In this document: piece by piece, positions 1 through 9,904 of the stretch | How positions within the stretch are numbered: the first letter of the stretch is position 1 | How the letters are laid out: every line of letters starts with the position of its first letter | DNA from: Pyrinomonadaceae bacterium | GTDB lineage: Bacteria; Acidobacteriota; Blastocatellia; Pyrinomonadales; Pyrinomonadaceae | Direction: 5' to 3' | Assembly (NCBI GenBank): GCA_046313635.1 | Contig: JBKBYA010000001.1 | Coordinates: 96,001 to 160,000 of the forward strand | Length of the DNA: 64,000 nt | The notes under the pieces: model-generated | Seen by the model: only the letters and a program-made list of their open reading frames with translations | Database searches by the model: none | Told to the model about the DNA's origin: nothing | Program-made: the position numbers and the translations under genes

Positions 1-990
1 CCATTGAAAGATCGTCTCGTAAACCGGCTTGATATCGACGTCGTACGCCGCCGCTCGATACTCGACCGCCTGCACCGGCTGCGACGGTATCGCGACCATC
101 GCAAAGTATGCGTCACCGACGCCGACCCAGTCGATATTGCCGTTGTCGGTCAGCGTCGCCGTCTTGTCGGCGCCGTATGTGAACGAGTAATAGCCCTGAT
201 GACGCTTGATGTCGCCATTCACCGCCGCGACGGCCTCTGATTCGATGTGATAGAGATTGTGGTGATTGATGCCGTGATCGCCGATGCTCGGGCCGATCAG
301 AAGGCGAGTGTTGGGAACCGGCTGGCCATTCTGCCGTAGCGTCAGGTTGAGGTCGGCAAGATAGCTCTCGGCGCGGAACGTGAAGACCTTTTTGACCTCA
401 ACGCCCGTCGCCGGGTCGGTCATCATGAATTCGATCTGACGCTCCTGGCCGTCGGCGAGCGTGATCGTGTCTTCGGTCGCGGAGATCTGGTAGTTGCGGT
501 CGTTGACCAGGTTGTTCAAATTCTGGTCGGCGGTCTCGAGACGAAAAGGCGCGAGCCGCGCATCACGCTTCAGCCCCTCTTGCGAGATCAGCTCGAGCGG
601 CCGCTCGTCCGTGCCGTTGGAGCCGTCGGCGTAAACCGCAAAATCTCCTTTCGGGCCCTTGTTCCTCGTGATGACCCAGCTCGTCGCGACGGCGCCTTTT
701 GAATCGAGCTTCACCTCGTAAAGCGGCGACTTGATCGTGACCGTGCGATTCGGGACCGTGTCGGGCTGCGGCGTCTGCGCCGCGGCCGGAATCGGAGCCT
801 GCAAAGCCTGCTGCGGCGTCGGCTGAGGCGTCGCCTGCGACTGCTCGGCGGTGTTCGCGGCGGTATTCGAATTTTGGTTCTCCGTTCTTTTCGGTGCGAA
901 GAGGTACGACCACGCAGTGAGGACGACCAGCGACAGGACCATCGCGATCAGGAAACGGGACTGATTGTTGTTATTGCTTTGTTGTTCCAC
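1..990 (-). CDS. yidC: Membrane protein insertase YidC (5' part; runs off window start)
   Basis: GTG at 990 reads MEQQSNNNNQSRFLIAMVLSLVVLTAWSYLFAPKK (N-terminal TM) and continues towards position 1; canonical position after rpmH-rnpA-yidD. Confidence 0.9.
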   Translation of the reverse strand, partial: MEQQSNNNNQSRFLIAMVLSLVVLTAWSYLFAPKRTENQNSNTAANTAEQSQATPQPTPQQALQAPIPAAAQTPQPDTVPNRTVTIKSPLYEVKLDSKGAVATSWVITRNKGPKGDFAVYADGSNGTDERPLELISQEGLKRDARLAPFRLETADQNLNNLVNDRNYQISATEDTITLADGQERQIEFMMTDPATGVEVKKVFTFRAESYLADLNLTLRQNGQPVPNTRLLIGPSIGDHGINHHNLYHIESEAVAAVNGDIKRHQGYYSFTYGADKTATLTDNGNIDWVGVGDAYFAMVAIPSQPVQAVEYRAAAYDVDIKPVYETIFQW

Positions 991-1089
991 AATTTCGAAT
1001 GCGGAATTCGGAATTCGGAATGCGGAGTTGAGACGCCGTCAGATCCCTGTCTGGCCCAAATCCGAAATCCGAGATCCGAAATCCAATAT
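991..1089. repeat. Inverted heptamer-repeat element between yidD and yidC
   Basis: Left arm (AATTCGG/AATGCGG)n 991-1029, right arm (AAATCCG/AGATCCG)n 1058-1089. Confidence 0.85.
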
Positions 1090-1298
1090 CACCTCACCGG
1101 ATCATAGCCGCCTTTGCAAAACGGCTGGCACCTTAGGATACGCCTGATGCCCATCCACGTTCCGCGCAGGGCCCCGTATTTCTCGACCGCGTCGCGGGCA
1201 TATTCCGAACAGGTCGGCTTAAAGCGGCACGCCGGCGGCAAAAATGGCGAGAGAAACGTTTTGTAAAGGCCGATCAGGTCGATAACCAAATACTTCAT
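1089..1298 (-). CDS. yidD: Membrane protein insertion efficiency factor YidD
   Basis: [11 protein letters not shown]...[14 protein letters not shown] motif; synteny. Confidence 0.95.
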   Translation of the reverse strand: MKYLVIDLIGLYKTFLSPFLPPACRFKPTCSEYARDAVEKYGALRGTWMGIRRILRCQPFCKGGYDPVR

Positions 1299-1304
1299 CG
1301 CCGT

Positions 1305-1853
1305 TCACCCTTGGACGTTTCGCTCGCCCGTGTCGATATCCAGATTTTTTACTCGCGCCGCGATCGATCTGAATTCGGCCAGCGGTTTTTCGAGCTTTAC
1401 GTTCAGGATGCTGCGTCGTGCGTTGAGCACCCAATCAAAGCTCCGGCCGATCTCGTCGAGCTCGGTCCGGCTCAATCTGAAGCTCTCTCGCAACAGTCGC
1501 TTTGCGCGATTGCGGTCGTGTGCCTTTGTGCCGATGGCCTTTTTGGTCGCCGTGATGCCGGCACGGTGCCGGCCCAGATCGTTGGGCAAAATAAAGACCG
1601 TCATAAAACGGCCCTCGAGACGCCTGCCTTGATCGTAAACGCGAAGAAACTCGGCGCGTTTCAGCAGCCGAGCTTCTTTCGGAAAATCAAATCTTAATAA
1701 TGGCTCGGCGTCAGGCGCTTGCGGCCCTTCGCGCGGCGGCGCTTGAGCACTGCCCGGCCGTTCTTGGTCGCCATCCTGGCCCTGAACCCGTGCTTTTTGG
1801 CGCGGCGGCGGTTGTTCGGTTGATATGTTCTCTTCGGCATAGTCGCTCTCCAT
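1305..1853 (-). CDS. rnpA: Ribonuclease P protein component; start uncertain, homology begins about 1690, only upstream ATG at 1853
   Basis: [33 protein letters not shown] (RNR motif); synteny. Confidence 0.9.
   Translation of the reverse strand: MESDYAEENISTEQPPPRQKARVQGQDGDQERPGSAQAPPREGPQAPDAEPLLRFDFPKEARLLKRAEFLRVYDQGRRLEGRFMTVFILPNDLGRHRAGITATKKAIGTKAHDRNRAKRLLRESFRLSRTELDEIGRSFDWVLNARRSILNVKLEKPLAEFRSIAARVKNLDIDTGERNVQG
1694..1840 (-). CDS. rpmH: 50S ribosomal protein L34 (48 aa, below ORF-track cutoff)
   Basis: [56 protein letters not shown]. Confidence 0.97.
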   Translation of the reverse strand: MPKRTYQPNNRRRAKKHGFRARMATKNGRAVLKRRRAKGRKRLTPSHY

Positions 1854-1882
1854 CAAATTTCACTGGTGAAGTGAAAACTTAG

Positions 1883-1911
1883 AGTCTAGGCATACAGGGC
1901 GTTTTTGTCAA
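1883..1911 (-). promoter_or_regulatory. sigma70-like promoter for the rpmH/rnpA operon
   Basis: TTGACA-N17-TAGACT on the minus strand. Confidence 0.65.
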
Positions 1912-1956
1912 AGAAACACCGCCCAAGCCGCTCAAAGATCAAGGTTGGTTCCAATT

Positions 1957-2538
1957 TCAACTTTGAACTTTGAACATCGAACTTTGAACTCGCTTGATCG
2001 CGTCGACATAGGCCTGATGCTCCTCTTCGAGGATGCGCGCCGACAGCGTTTCGGGCGTGTCGTCGTCGCTTACCTCGACCGCTCGCTGCAGGATGATGGC
2101 TCCGCTGTCCAGACCTTCGTCGACGAAATGGACCGTGCAGCCAGAGATCTTGACGCCGTGAACGATCGCCTGTTTTTGCGCGTCGAGACCCGGAAAAGCC
2201 GGCAAAAGGCTTGGGTGAATATTAATGATGCGGTCCTCGAAGGCCCGAATGAATCCCGGCGACAGCAGACGCATATAGCCGGCGAGGCAGACCAGCTCGA
2301 CGCCGCGGCTTTGCAGCTCGGCGATGATCTCGGCGTCGTGCTCTTCGCGCGTGCGGCCGCGTCGCTCGATCACGACTGTCTCGACGTCTCGCTCGCGGGC
2401 CTTTTCGAGCCCGGCCGCGTTCGGCTTGTCGCTGATCACGACCGCGACCTCCGAATGCGGGATCTCGCCGCTCTGAACCGCGTCGACGATCGCGACCATA
2501 TTCGAGCCGCGGCCCGAGATGAGAATGCCGATCTTCAT
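1957..2538 (-). CDS. purN: Phosphoribosylglycinamide formyltransferase
   Basis: ILISGRGSNM, LAGYMRLL, INIHPSLLPAFPG, GCTVHFVDEGLDSG. Confidence 0.96.
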   Translation of the reverse strand: MKIGILISGRGSNMVAIVDAVQSGEIPHSEVAVVISDKPNAAGLEKARERDVETVVIERRGRTREEHDAEIIAELQSRGVELVCLAGYMRLLSPGFIRAFEDRIINIHPSLLPAFPGLDAQKQAIVHGVKISGCTVHFVDEGLDSGAIILQRAVEVSDDDTPETLSARILEEEHQAYVDAIKRVQSSMFKVQS

Positions 2539-2539
2539 C

Positions 2540-3685
2540 CTAGAAAAACTTGAGCACCTCGTACGAGCTCGCGTCAAAGATGACGTCCGAGAGCTTTGGC
2601 TTTTGCACGTACTCGACCGAGGTTAGCTTGACCGGCTCGGCGACCCGAGTCGTGCCTACCTGAAAGCCGGGCAGCGTCGTCTCGGCGATCACCCAATTCT
2701 TTTGGTCCCAGGTAAAGTCGAGCCCGTTCTCGTTCGTAAATTCGCCCTGCGGCACCGCGACCGTGATGTGCCGCGGGCAGTAGAGCAAAATGTACTCCTC
2801 ACCGATCTGCTCAAGCAGCGACGCGAGCAGGATCGTCTTGTTGCTGCAGTCGCCCGAGCGCGTCATCAGCGTCTCGCTGGCTCGCTTGAGCGTCTCGCGC
2901 GAGCCGACCGCCTCCGAGTAGTCGTAGCGGATCTCGGCCGAGACAAAATCGACGAGCCGCTGAATGCGCTCCTCGCGCGACGGGCCGACGTCTTTGAGCA
3001 ACTGGTCGACAAGCCGCTTGAGCGACGGCTCTTCGGGCTTGGCGACCATGATCGCGTGGTTGGCAAAGACGATCTGGGGCTTTTCGCTTCGCTCCGGCGC
3101 ACGCGTGATCAGCTTGCCGCCGTAGACCTGCGAGTTATTGATAAAGCCGTTCATCTCGCCGAGGCTCAGCGAGTAGTTGACCGTGCTGAAGGGAAACGTC
3201 AGCACCTGCTCGGCGTCGATGCGTACGTTGTCGAGCTTTGATTTGACGAAGTAGTGATTCTCCGGCGTCTGCCAAAAGCTGTAGTCGCCGACCTCGATCT
3301 TCTCTTTTCCTTTCTGGCCGAACTCGACCTTCTCGCGATCGAAAAAATAGCTCGCGACAAAATCGTCAAACGCCTTTTCGTCGCCTTCCGGATAAGAGAA
3401 GTAGACGTCCTTTTTGCTGATCACAAACTTGACGATGTTTGCTTTGCCAATGAGCTGCCGACGAAACTCCTCGCCCGAGAACCCGGGCAGAGCGAGCATC
3501 AGCACCGCATTGTCGCGAATGTCGGCCGCGAGCACCTCGTCGCGCGTCTTCTCGACCGGCTTGCTCAGCCAGTACAGCGTGAAGCCGCTGCCGGCGAGGA
3601 TCACAAACGCGATGAACGCGATCAAAGCGGTCCTGCCGCCGGAACCAGACTTAGTTTCCGAATCAAAAATACTTCCTGAAGGCAT
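2540..3685 (-). CDS. Membrane-anchored transglutaminase-like domain protein
   Basis: N-terminal TM; C-terminal GDCSNKTILLASLL...HITVAV...ETT (Cys-His-acid pattern). Confidence 0.7.
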   Translation of the reverse strand: MPSGSIFDSETKSGSGGRTALIAFIAFVILAGSGFTLYWLSKPVEKTRDEVLAADIRDNAVLMLALPGFSGEEFRRQLIGKANIVKFVISKKDVYFSYPEGDEKAFDDFVASYFFDREKVEFGQKGKEKIEVGDYSFWQTPENHYFVKSKLDNVRIDAEQVLTFPFSTVNYSLSLGEMNGFINNSQVYGGKLITRAPERSEKPQIVFANHAIMVAKPEEPSLKRLVDQLLKDVGPSREERIQRLVDFVSAEIRYDYSEAVGSRETLKRASETLMTRSGDCSNKTILLASLLEQIGEEYILLYCPRHITVAVPQGEFTNENGLDFTWDQKNWVIAETTLPGFQVGTTRVAEPVKLTSVEYVQKPKLSDVIFDASSYEVLKFF

Positions 3686-3738
3686 ATGTGGGCGTGATGA
3701 GCTTAGATTTGCGCAAGAACTATAGCAGAATCCCCCGT

Positions 3739-4761
3739 TCAAACGATCGCAACCTGCTTGCCCCCCGCAGTGACGCGGCCGATCTCGCGGGCGTCGGCGA
3801 TCGACGACAGCAGATGATCCTTATCGGCCTGACTGCAGATGACGATCATCCCGATGCCCATATTGAATGTGCGGAACATCTCTTGCTCCTCGACATTGCC
3901 GAGCCGCTGCATCACGCCGAAGATCGGCAGCTCGGGCCACGAGCCGCGCTTTATCTCGACCGCGACGCCTTCCGGAAGGATGCGTGGGATGTTCTCGAGA
4001 AATCCGCCGCCGGTGATGTGAGCGAGGCCTTTGATCTTGCCCGAGTCGAGCAGCGGCGAGAGCTGCGGCAAGAAGCTTGAATGCGTGGCGAGCAGAGCAT
4101 CGCCGATGGTTGTGCCGAGCTCGTCGAGATGCGTATCGGCCGTGTAGCCGCCGACCTCGAAAAAGAGCTTTCGCGCGAGCGAATAGCCGTTTGTCTGCAG
4201 TCCGGTCGACGGCAGACCGAGCACGACGTCGCCGGGCTCGATCGACTTGCCGTCGATCACTTTCGGTCTGTCGACGACGCCGACGATGAAGCCCGCGAGA
4301 TCGTACTCGCCCGGTGGGTAAAAGTCAGGCATCTCGGCCGTCTCGCCGCCGAGCAGCACGCAGCCGTTCTCGCGGCACGCGCGGGCCATGCCTTCGACGA
4401 CCGAGGCGGTCACATCGGGCTCGAGCCTTCCGGTCGCGAAATAATCGAGAAAGAAGAGCGGCCGCGCGCCCTGCACGAGAATGTCGTTGACGCAGTGATT
4501 GACCAGATCGGCGCCGACCGTCGAATGCACGCCCGTCTCAAAGGCGAGCTTCAGCTTTGTCCCGACGCCGTCCGCCGACGCGACCAGGATCGGGTCCGAC
4601 ATCTGCGGAAACGCTCCCGAAAACATCCCGCCAAAGCTGCCGATCTCGGTCAGCGTCCGGTCGTTGAATGTCGAGCGGGCAAACTCGCGGATCTTTGCGA
4701 CGGCCTCGTTCGCCTTGTCGATTGAAACGCCTGCGTCGGCGTATGAGATGGATCTCGTCAT
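3739..4761 (-). CDS. purM: AIR synthetase
   Basis: YADAGV, DGVGTKL, GGETAEMP, AHITGGG, TFNMGIG. Confidence 0.97.
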   Translation of the reverse strand: MTRSISYADAGVSIDKANEAVAKIREFARSTFNDRTLTEIGSFGGMFSGAFPQMSDPILVASADGVGTKLKLAFETGVHSTVGADLVNHCVNDILVQGARPLFFLDYFATGRLEPDVTASVVEGMARACRENGCVLLGGETAEMPDFYPPGEYDLAGFIVGVVDRPKVIDGKSIEPGDVVLGLPSTGLQTNGYSLARKLFFEVGGYTADTHLDELGTTIGDALLATHSSFLPQLSPLLDSGKIKGLAHITGGGFLENIPRILPEGVAVEIKRGSWPELPIFGVMQRLGNVEEQEMFRTFNMGIGMIVICSQADKDHLLSSIADAREIGRVTAGGKQVAIV

Positions 4762-4787
4762 AAACTAACTTTACGTCAGATTGCCTG

Positions 4788-5573
4788 TCAGGCGAGAACG
4801 GCGTCGACCGACGCCCCGCGGCGTACGATCCCGAACTCTCGCAGAAGTATCTCGTCGAATTCGGCTTCGGACGCGACGGGCGTCTCGACCTTCGCGTCGC
4901 CGGTGGTCACGATATATTTCAAATCGGTCAGCGTCTTACGGCCGCCCGGCGTCAGCAGCGAGCAGACCTTCCGCTGCATAAAATGAGACTCGGGCGATGT
5001 CTGGTGCCAATCGCAGCGAGCAGCGAATTCTGCAAGATCATGGCCGATCGGTCTGAAGATATACTCGCTCTTCCATTCGCCCGATTCCATTTTGGCGACT
5101 TCGAAATAGCCCTCGTCGAAGCGGCGAATGACAAACGTCCCGGCCTCGTCCGTCTGCTCCACGTCGGCCGCCACCTGCAGCGGCTCGACCGTAAAGGCGC
5201 CGAAGCCGACGTCCGCCAGATACTGCATCTCGCCGATCATCACGAGTATCGCGAGATGATCGTATTCGGGACTAAACCCGCCGCTGCCGTCAGACACTCT
5301 CGCCGACAGGAGCCGGGTCTCAAATCCAAATTCGAGAAGCAGCTCGTTAAAGAGGCCGTTAAGCTCGTAACAGAATCCGCCCCGACGCTCGACGACGATC
5401 TTTTGATAAAACCTCTCAAGATCGATCGTGATCCGGCGGTGCCAGTGAATGTCCAGATTCTCAAAGGGCACGTTCAGCAGTTGCCGCCGCTGGAGCAGCC
5501 GGAGCCCGGCGATGTCGGTCGATACCTCCGACAGGACGGTTGCAATGCGCGATAGATACTCTTCTGCGTTCAT
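4788..5573 (-). CDS. Arylamine N-acetyltransferase family protein
   Basis: VPFENLDI, RRGGFCYELN, H, ADVGFG catalytic triad motifs. Confidence 0.9.
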   Translation of the reverse strand: MNAEEYLSRIATVLSEVSTDIAGLRLLQRRQLLNVPFENLDIHWHRRITIDLERFYQKIVVERRGGFCYELNGLFNELLLEFGFETRLLSARVSDGSGGFSPEYDHLAILVMIGEMQYLADVGFGAFTVEPLQVAADVEQTDEAGTFVIRRFDEGYFEVAKMESGEWKSEYIFRPIGHDLAEFAARCDWHQTSPESHFMQRKVCSLLTPGGRKTLTDLKYIVTTGDAKVETPVASEAEFDEILLREFGIVRRGASVDAVLA

Positions 5574-5703
5574 AACATCCAACGCGTTTTTGCCGGGGCG
5601 CGCCCGATCATTTTACCGCGCCGCGGCGCCGGGACGCTCGTCGGCGCGACCTCATTGACTTGCTTTGCAGCGAGCGTTTAGCATTTTTGTCGAGGGAAAG
5701 GAT

Positions 5704-6087
5704 ATGAGCTTCACTCTTGTCGATATGGGCTCGGAGAATTTCGAGTTCTCGACGAACGTATGGCACTGGCGCGCGGCACTCGAGATAATCCGCGATCTCG
5801 ACATCCTGAGCGAGAGCCTCGTCAGACAGATGGGTTACAACGCGATGGGCTCAAAACTCTCGCTCGAGGACGCACACCTGCTCGGCGAAAAGATCCGCGA
5901 CACGGTGCTGCCAAAGCTCGGCCCCGGCAAGCGTATCTTTTCGGACGGCACGGTCACCGACGAGCCCGACGATATGACGCTCTACAAGGACGAGGACGAG
6001 CAGTGGAAGAATTACAGCGTCTCTTACGAATGGCTCAAAGACTTTTCGGATTTTTGCCTGCGGTCAAAAGGCTTTCAGGTCTTCTAG
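5704..6087 (+). CDS. Hypothetical protein
   Basis: GAGGGAAAGGA upstream of ATG; natural composition. Confidence 0.75.
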   Translation: MSFTLVDMGSENFEFSTNVWHWRAALEIIRDLDILSESLVRQMGYNAMGSKLSLEDAHLLGEKIRDTVLPKLGPGKRIFSDGTVTDEPDDMTLYKDEDEQWKNYSVSYEWLKDFSDFCLRSKGFQVF

Positions 6088-6179
6088 TCTGCGACTAAGA
6101 ATGCAGATCCGCGGTCGAACGCATCTTTCGCCTTCTTGGTCTGCCCACCGCCGGCTGCCGGCTGCCGCCAACTGACGCC

Positions 6180-7805
6180 ATGCTTCTCTTGCAGGACATC
6201 GCCGGTTCCGCCGCTCCCTTTCTCAAGAACATCTGGGTCCAGATCGCGCTGCTGATAGTTTTCGCGACGCTGCACGGCTACGCTGGAGCGTGGCTCGCCG
6301 TGCGTATGCTCTTCAGGCCGCGGCGGCCGGTGAGGCTCTTTGGGCTGACGGTCTTTCCGCAGGGAATGATCCCGCGTCACCGCGATCGCCTCGCGAACGC
6401 GATCGGCAAGGCCGTCGGCGAGGAACTCGTCTCGCACGACACGATACTCGAGCAGCTCACCGCAAATGACTTTTTGCGCAAGCGCGTCCAGGGCGTGATC
6501 GACTCTTACACCGACGAGCTTCTCTCGCAGAATTTCCCTTCGCTCATCGACGCGCTTCCGCGGCACGTGCGCGAGCCGGTGCTCGACGCGATCTCAGCGC
6601 TGCAGCGGCGCATCGCCGAGCACATCGACGATGTTTTGAAGAGCGAAGAGTCGCTTCGCTCGATCACCGGCTTTGTCGAGCAGCGCGTTGACGAGGCTCT
6701 CTCGCGGCGCGTGTCGAGCATCGTCGACGATGAGATGTTCGATCAGATAGCGCGGTTCATCGACGAGCGAGTCGAGGGAGCGGTCACCTCGCCTGTGCTC
6801 GAGCAGAAGATCGCCGACTTCATCGACCGACGCGTCGACGATCTCGCCAAGGCCGAGACCTCGCTTGGCGCGATGTTCACGTCCGACGCCGTCGCGCTGC
6901 TCAAAGAAAAGGCCTCCGACCAGATCTCGCCCGTCACGCATCACCTGACCGAGATCGCCGCCGCCGAACGCACCCGCAGCCAGATCGGTGCGCTCATCAA
7001 GCGCGAAGTTCACGAGTATTACGAGAATCTGCCATTCTTCAAAAAGATCTTTGTCTCTCGCGAGAATCTGCTCCGCGAGGTCGACACGCTCGTCAACGAG
7101 AGCCTGCCGCGTCGGATCGAGGAGACGCTCAAAGGAGATTTTTTTGCCGGCGAAGCGCGCGACTTTATCGACAAGAGCATCGACAACGCTCTCTCGCGGC
7201 CGTTGCAGGAATTGATCGGCAAGATAGACCCCGACCAGCTCGCGCGTCTCAAGGCGCAGATGGCGCGCGGCGTGCTGTCGGTCGTTCGGGGCGAGGAGAT
7301 GCGGCGCTCGATCGCGGCGTACATCACCGAAACGATCCAGACGCTGCGCCCGCACAGCATCGATTCGATCATGCGGCGGCTGCATCCCGAGGCGGAAGAG
7401 AAACTCAAATCCACCCTCGCCAAAGGCCTCGTCTCGATACTCTCGCGCGACGACACGTCAAAGATGATCAACGACATGCTCTCGCGGCAGATCGACCGGC
7501 TGCTGTCGGCTCCGATCGGCCGCGTCGGCGATCAATTTCCGGAGGACAAGGTACGTGAGGCGAGCCGCGCGGTGACCGAGGCGATCGTCTCCGCCGTCCA
7601 CGCCAAGCTGCCCGACGCGGTCCGCGAATTCAACGTCGGAGCCGTCGTCCGCGAAAAGATCAACAACTATCCCGAAGAGAAGCTCGAAGCGCTCGTCCTC
7701 TCGGTCGCCAAAGAGCATCTGCGCACGATCGAGTTTTTCGGCGCGCTGTTTGGTCTCTTTATCGGCATCCTGCAGGCAATTCAGTTCTACATCTACGCAA
7801 GATAG
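6180..7805 (+). CDS. DUF445-family membrane-anchored protein
   Basis: GAWLAVRMLFRP...QGMIPR N-terminus; helical middle; LRTIEFFGALFGLFIG C-terminus. Confidence 0.85.
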   Translation: MLLLQDIAGSAAPFLKNIWVQIALLIVFATLHGYAGAWLAVRMLFRPRRPVRLFGLTVFPQGMIPRHRDRLANAIGKAVGEELVSHDTILEQLTANDFLRKRVQGVIDSYTDELLSQNFPSLIDALPRHVREPVLDAISALQRRIAEHIDDVLKSEESLRSITGFVEQRVDEALSRRVSSIVDDEMFDQIARFIDERVEGAVTSPVLEQKIADFIDRRVDDLAKAETSLGAMFTSDAVALLKEKASDQISPVTHHLTEIAAAERTRSQIGALIKREVHEYYENLPFFKKIFVSRENLLREVDTLVNESLPRRIEETLKGDFFAGEARDFIDKSIDNALSRPLQELIGKIDPDQLARLKAQMARGVLSVVRGEEMRRSIAAYITETIQTLRPHSIDSIMRRLHPEAEEKLKSTLAKGLVSILSRDDTSKMINDMLSRQIDRLLSAPIGRVGDQFPEDKVREASRAVTEAIVSAVHAKLPDAVREFNVGAVVREKINNYPEEKLEALVLSVAKEHLRTIEFFGALFGLFIGILQAIQFYIYAR

Positions 7806-8032
7806 ATCGGCCGGCAGACGGTCTGCGGCGGCAAGCAAAGATATTCTGCAAGTCGTGCCGGCGAGAGCGTTCCAGCGTTCGCAGTGCAGCTAATACGGCT
7901 TGAGCCAAACGCTTAATGCGGATCTCGTTCGTAGAAGTTGACGGCTGCGTAACGATATGGGCGGGAGCGGACGTCGACGGATCACGGCTGCTCGAGAAAG
8001 ACCGCGAAACGATCCGGCAAAATGGAAAAACA

Positions 8033-8347
8033 ATGAGAAGACAAATTCTGCTTTCGACAGTTCTGGCCGTTTCGGCCGCAAGCCTCGCCGTCGCATGCTC
8101 AGGCTCGAACGGCACGACCAACACGACCAAGCCCAACGTCAATTCGACACCGGCCGCGACGACGACCGTTCCCGCAGCATCGCCGGCGACGACCGCGACG
8201 CCGTCGGCCGCGGTGTCACCGGCCGCATCGGCAAGCCCGGTCAACAAGTCCGCTCAACCTGCCGCTCCGGCGACGCCCGAAAAAGAAAGGGGCGACAGCA
8301 AGGGCATGGAAAAGAAGACAGCAACGCCGACGCCTGAAAAGAAATAG
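8033..8347 (+). CDS. Low-complexity lipoprotein
   Basis: Signal peptide with AVAC lipobox; Thr/Pro/Ala-rich. Confidence 0.75.
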   Translation: MRRQILLSTVLAVSAASLAVACSGSNGTTNTTKPNVNSTPAATTTVPAASPATTATPSAAVSPAASASPVNKSAQPAAPATPEKERGDSKGMEKKTATPTPEKK

Positions 8348-8362
8348 CCGGCGCGTATGGAC

Positions 8363-8396
8363 AAAGGAGCGTTTCCGAGAAGGAGACGCTCCTTTC
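8363..8396. terminator. Probable intrinsic terminator hairpin
   Basis: AAAGGAGCGTTTCC-GAGAA-GGAGACGCTCCTTT. Confidence 0.55.
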
Positions 8397-8495
8397 GCTT
8401 GTCTTGACGTCAGGATCGATCGCCAATTTTTGCTCGAACTTTTGATCGGCACCGAGCGTTGTCTGCTTCTGGCGATCATTCTCCGGAGGAATCAA

Positions 8496-9197
8496 ATGAA
8501 AAAGGTCGGACTAATCATCTTCGCGGCGGCGCTCGTTTCGGGCGTGGTGCTCGCGAACGCGTTTTCATTCGGACGTTCAGACTTCCGCGTTTTCGATCTC
8601 AAGCTTAAATTCGGCGGCGTCAAAGGCTCGGGCAATGTCGTGACCGAGAAGCGCGGCGTTTCTGACTTCAGCAAGATAGTTGTCGGCGGCGTATTTAACG
8701 TCGAGATCGTCGCGGGCCGGGAGTACTCGGTCGAGGTCACCGCTGACGACAATCTGCTGCCCTACATCGAGACCGAGACGCACGGCGACACGCTCGACAT
8801 ACGCCTTACAAAGCGCGTCTCGCGACACAGCGAGCTCAAGGTCAAGATCACCGCTCCGGTCATCGACGGCGTCGAGTCGGGCGGAGCGTCGAGGATCGAC
8901 GTCTCGGGCGTCACCGGCGACACGTTCGATCTCGATACCAGCGGCGCGTCCAGGGTAACGCTCCGTGGCGATGTCAATAACGCGGTCATCAGGGCAAGCG
9001 GAGCCGGCAGCGTAGACGCGGGAGACCTCAGAGCGGCCAATGCCGATGTCGACGCTTCAGGCGCTGCCAAGGTGGCGGTCAACGTCTCGGGTCATCTCAA
9101 GGCCGACGCGTCCGGCGCCAGCCGCATTTCGTACCGCGGCTCTCCCGCCAGCGTCGAGCGGCACACGTCGGGCGCCGGCTCGGTCGACCAGAGGTGA
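8496..9197 (+). CDS. Head GIN / DUF2807 beta-helix protein
   Basis: Signal peptide, VKGSGNVVTEKR, repeated ASGAS/SGAG motifs; GGAGGA SD. Confidence 0.85.
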   Translation: MKKVGLIIFAAALVSGVVLANAFSFGRSDFRVFDLKLKFGGVKGSGNVVTEKRGVSDFSKIVVGGVFNVEIVAGREYSVEVTADDNLLPYIETETHGDTLDIRLTKRVSRHSELKVKITAPVIDGVESGGASRIDVSGVTGDTFDLDTSGASRVTLRGDVNNAVIRASGAGSVDAGDLRAANADVDASGAAKVAVNVSGHLKADASGASRISYRGSPASVERHTSGAGSVDQR

Positions 9198-9214
9198 CTT
9201 GATCGATCGCGGGC

Positions 9215-9628
9215 CTAGGTCTCGACCGCGAAGGTCCGCACGCCGGCGAGATAGCCTTCCTGATCGAGTCCGGCGATGAAGATATCCACACGGACGCGAC
9301 CGACACGATAAACTTTCAGCGAGGTCAGATATTCGTCGAGTGTCTCTTTGAGCCGAGCAAACCGCTCGGCTCGTTTCATTTCGATCTCGCCAAACCGATC
9401 CGCAATGAGCGTCCGCCGGGCAAAGAATTCGGCCGCGTCCTCGACGGCAATCGGCTCCGAGGCCGAACGTCCCGACATCCGCAGTATCTCGAGCCGTACG
9501 TCGGTGACCGGCTCGGCCGAAACAAACGGAACAAACTCGCTGTCGGTCTCGCTGATCATCACGAGCCCCGCCGCGGCGCGCGAAAGGTCTTTCAGCATCT
9601 GCTCTCGGGGTCGAGATCTTTGGTTCAC
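9215..9628 (-). CDS. Nuclease A inhibitor (NuiA)-like protein; start uncertain
   Basis: GLVMISETDSEF, VYRVG..RVDIFIAG, C-terminal AGVRTFAVET typical of the NuiA family. Confidence 0.8.
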   Translation of the reverse strand: MNQRSRPREQMLKDLSRAAAGLVMISETDSEFVPFVSAEPVTDVRLEILRMSGRSASEPIAVEDAAEFFARRTLIADRFGEIEMKRAERFARLKETLDEYLTSLKVYRVGRVRVDIFIAGLDQEGYLAGVRTFAVET

Positions 9629-9824
9629 GATTTTTTCACTTTTCGAGGCCGGTCCGACCGCCTCGTGAGGCTTCAAATAGTACCAAACTTGACGGCAAAC
9701 CACTGGTTTGAAAGGATGTTAATTATTTCTGAAGCAGGTGGTCGAGTCTGTGGATTTCCGGTTTGCAATCCCTATTTTTACGTGCTAGTCTATTGCTCCT
9801 TTTCCGGTTCACTAGGTTTCTAAC

Positions 9825-9904
9825 CTGTTGAAAACAAACTGCTTAACACAACGCTTGATGTTTTAAGCAAGTTTCCACAGATGTGTGGAAATTTTTGTGG
9901 AAAA
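9825..9904. promoter_or_regulatory. DnaA-box cluster upstream of dnaA
   Basis: GTTTCCACA, TGTGGAAAT, TGTGGAAAA within about 35 bp in an AT-rich region. Confidence 0.75.
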
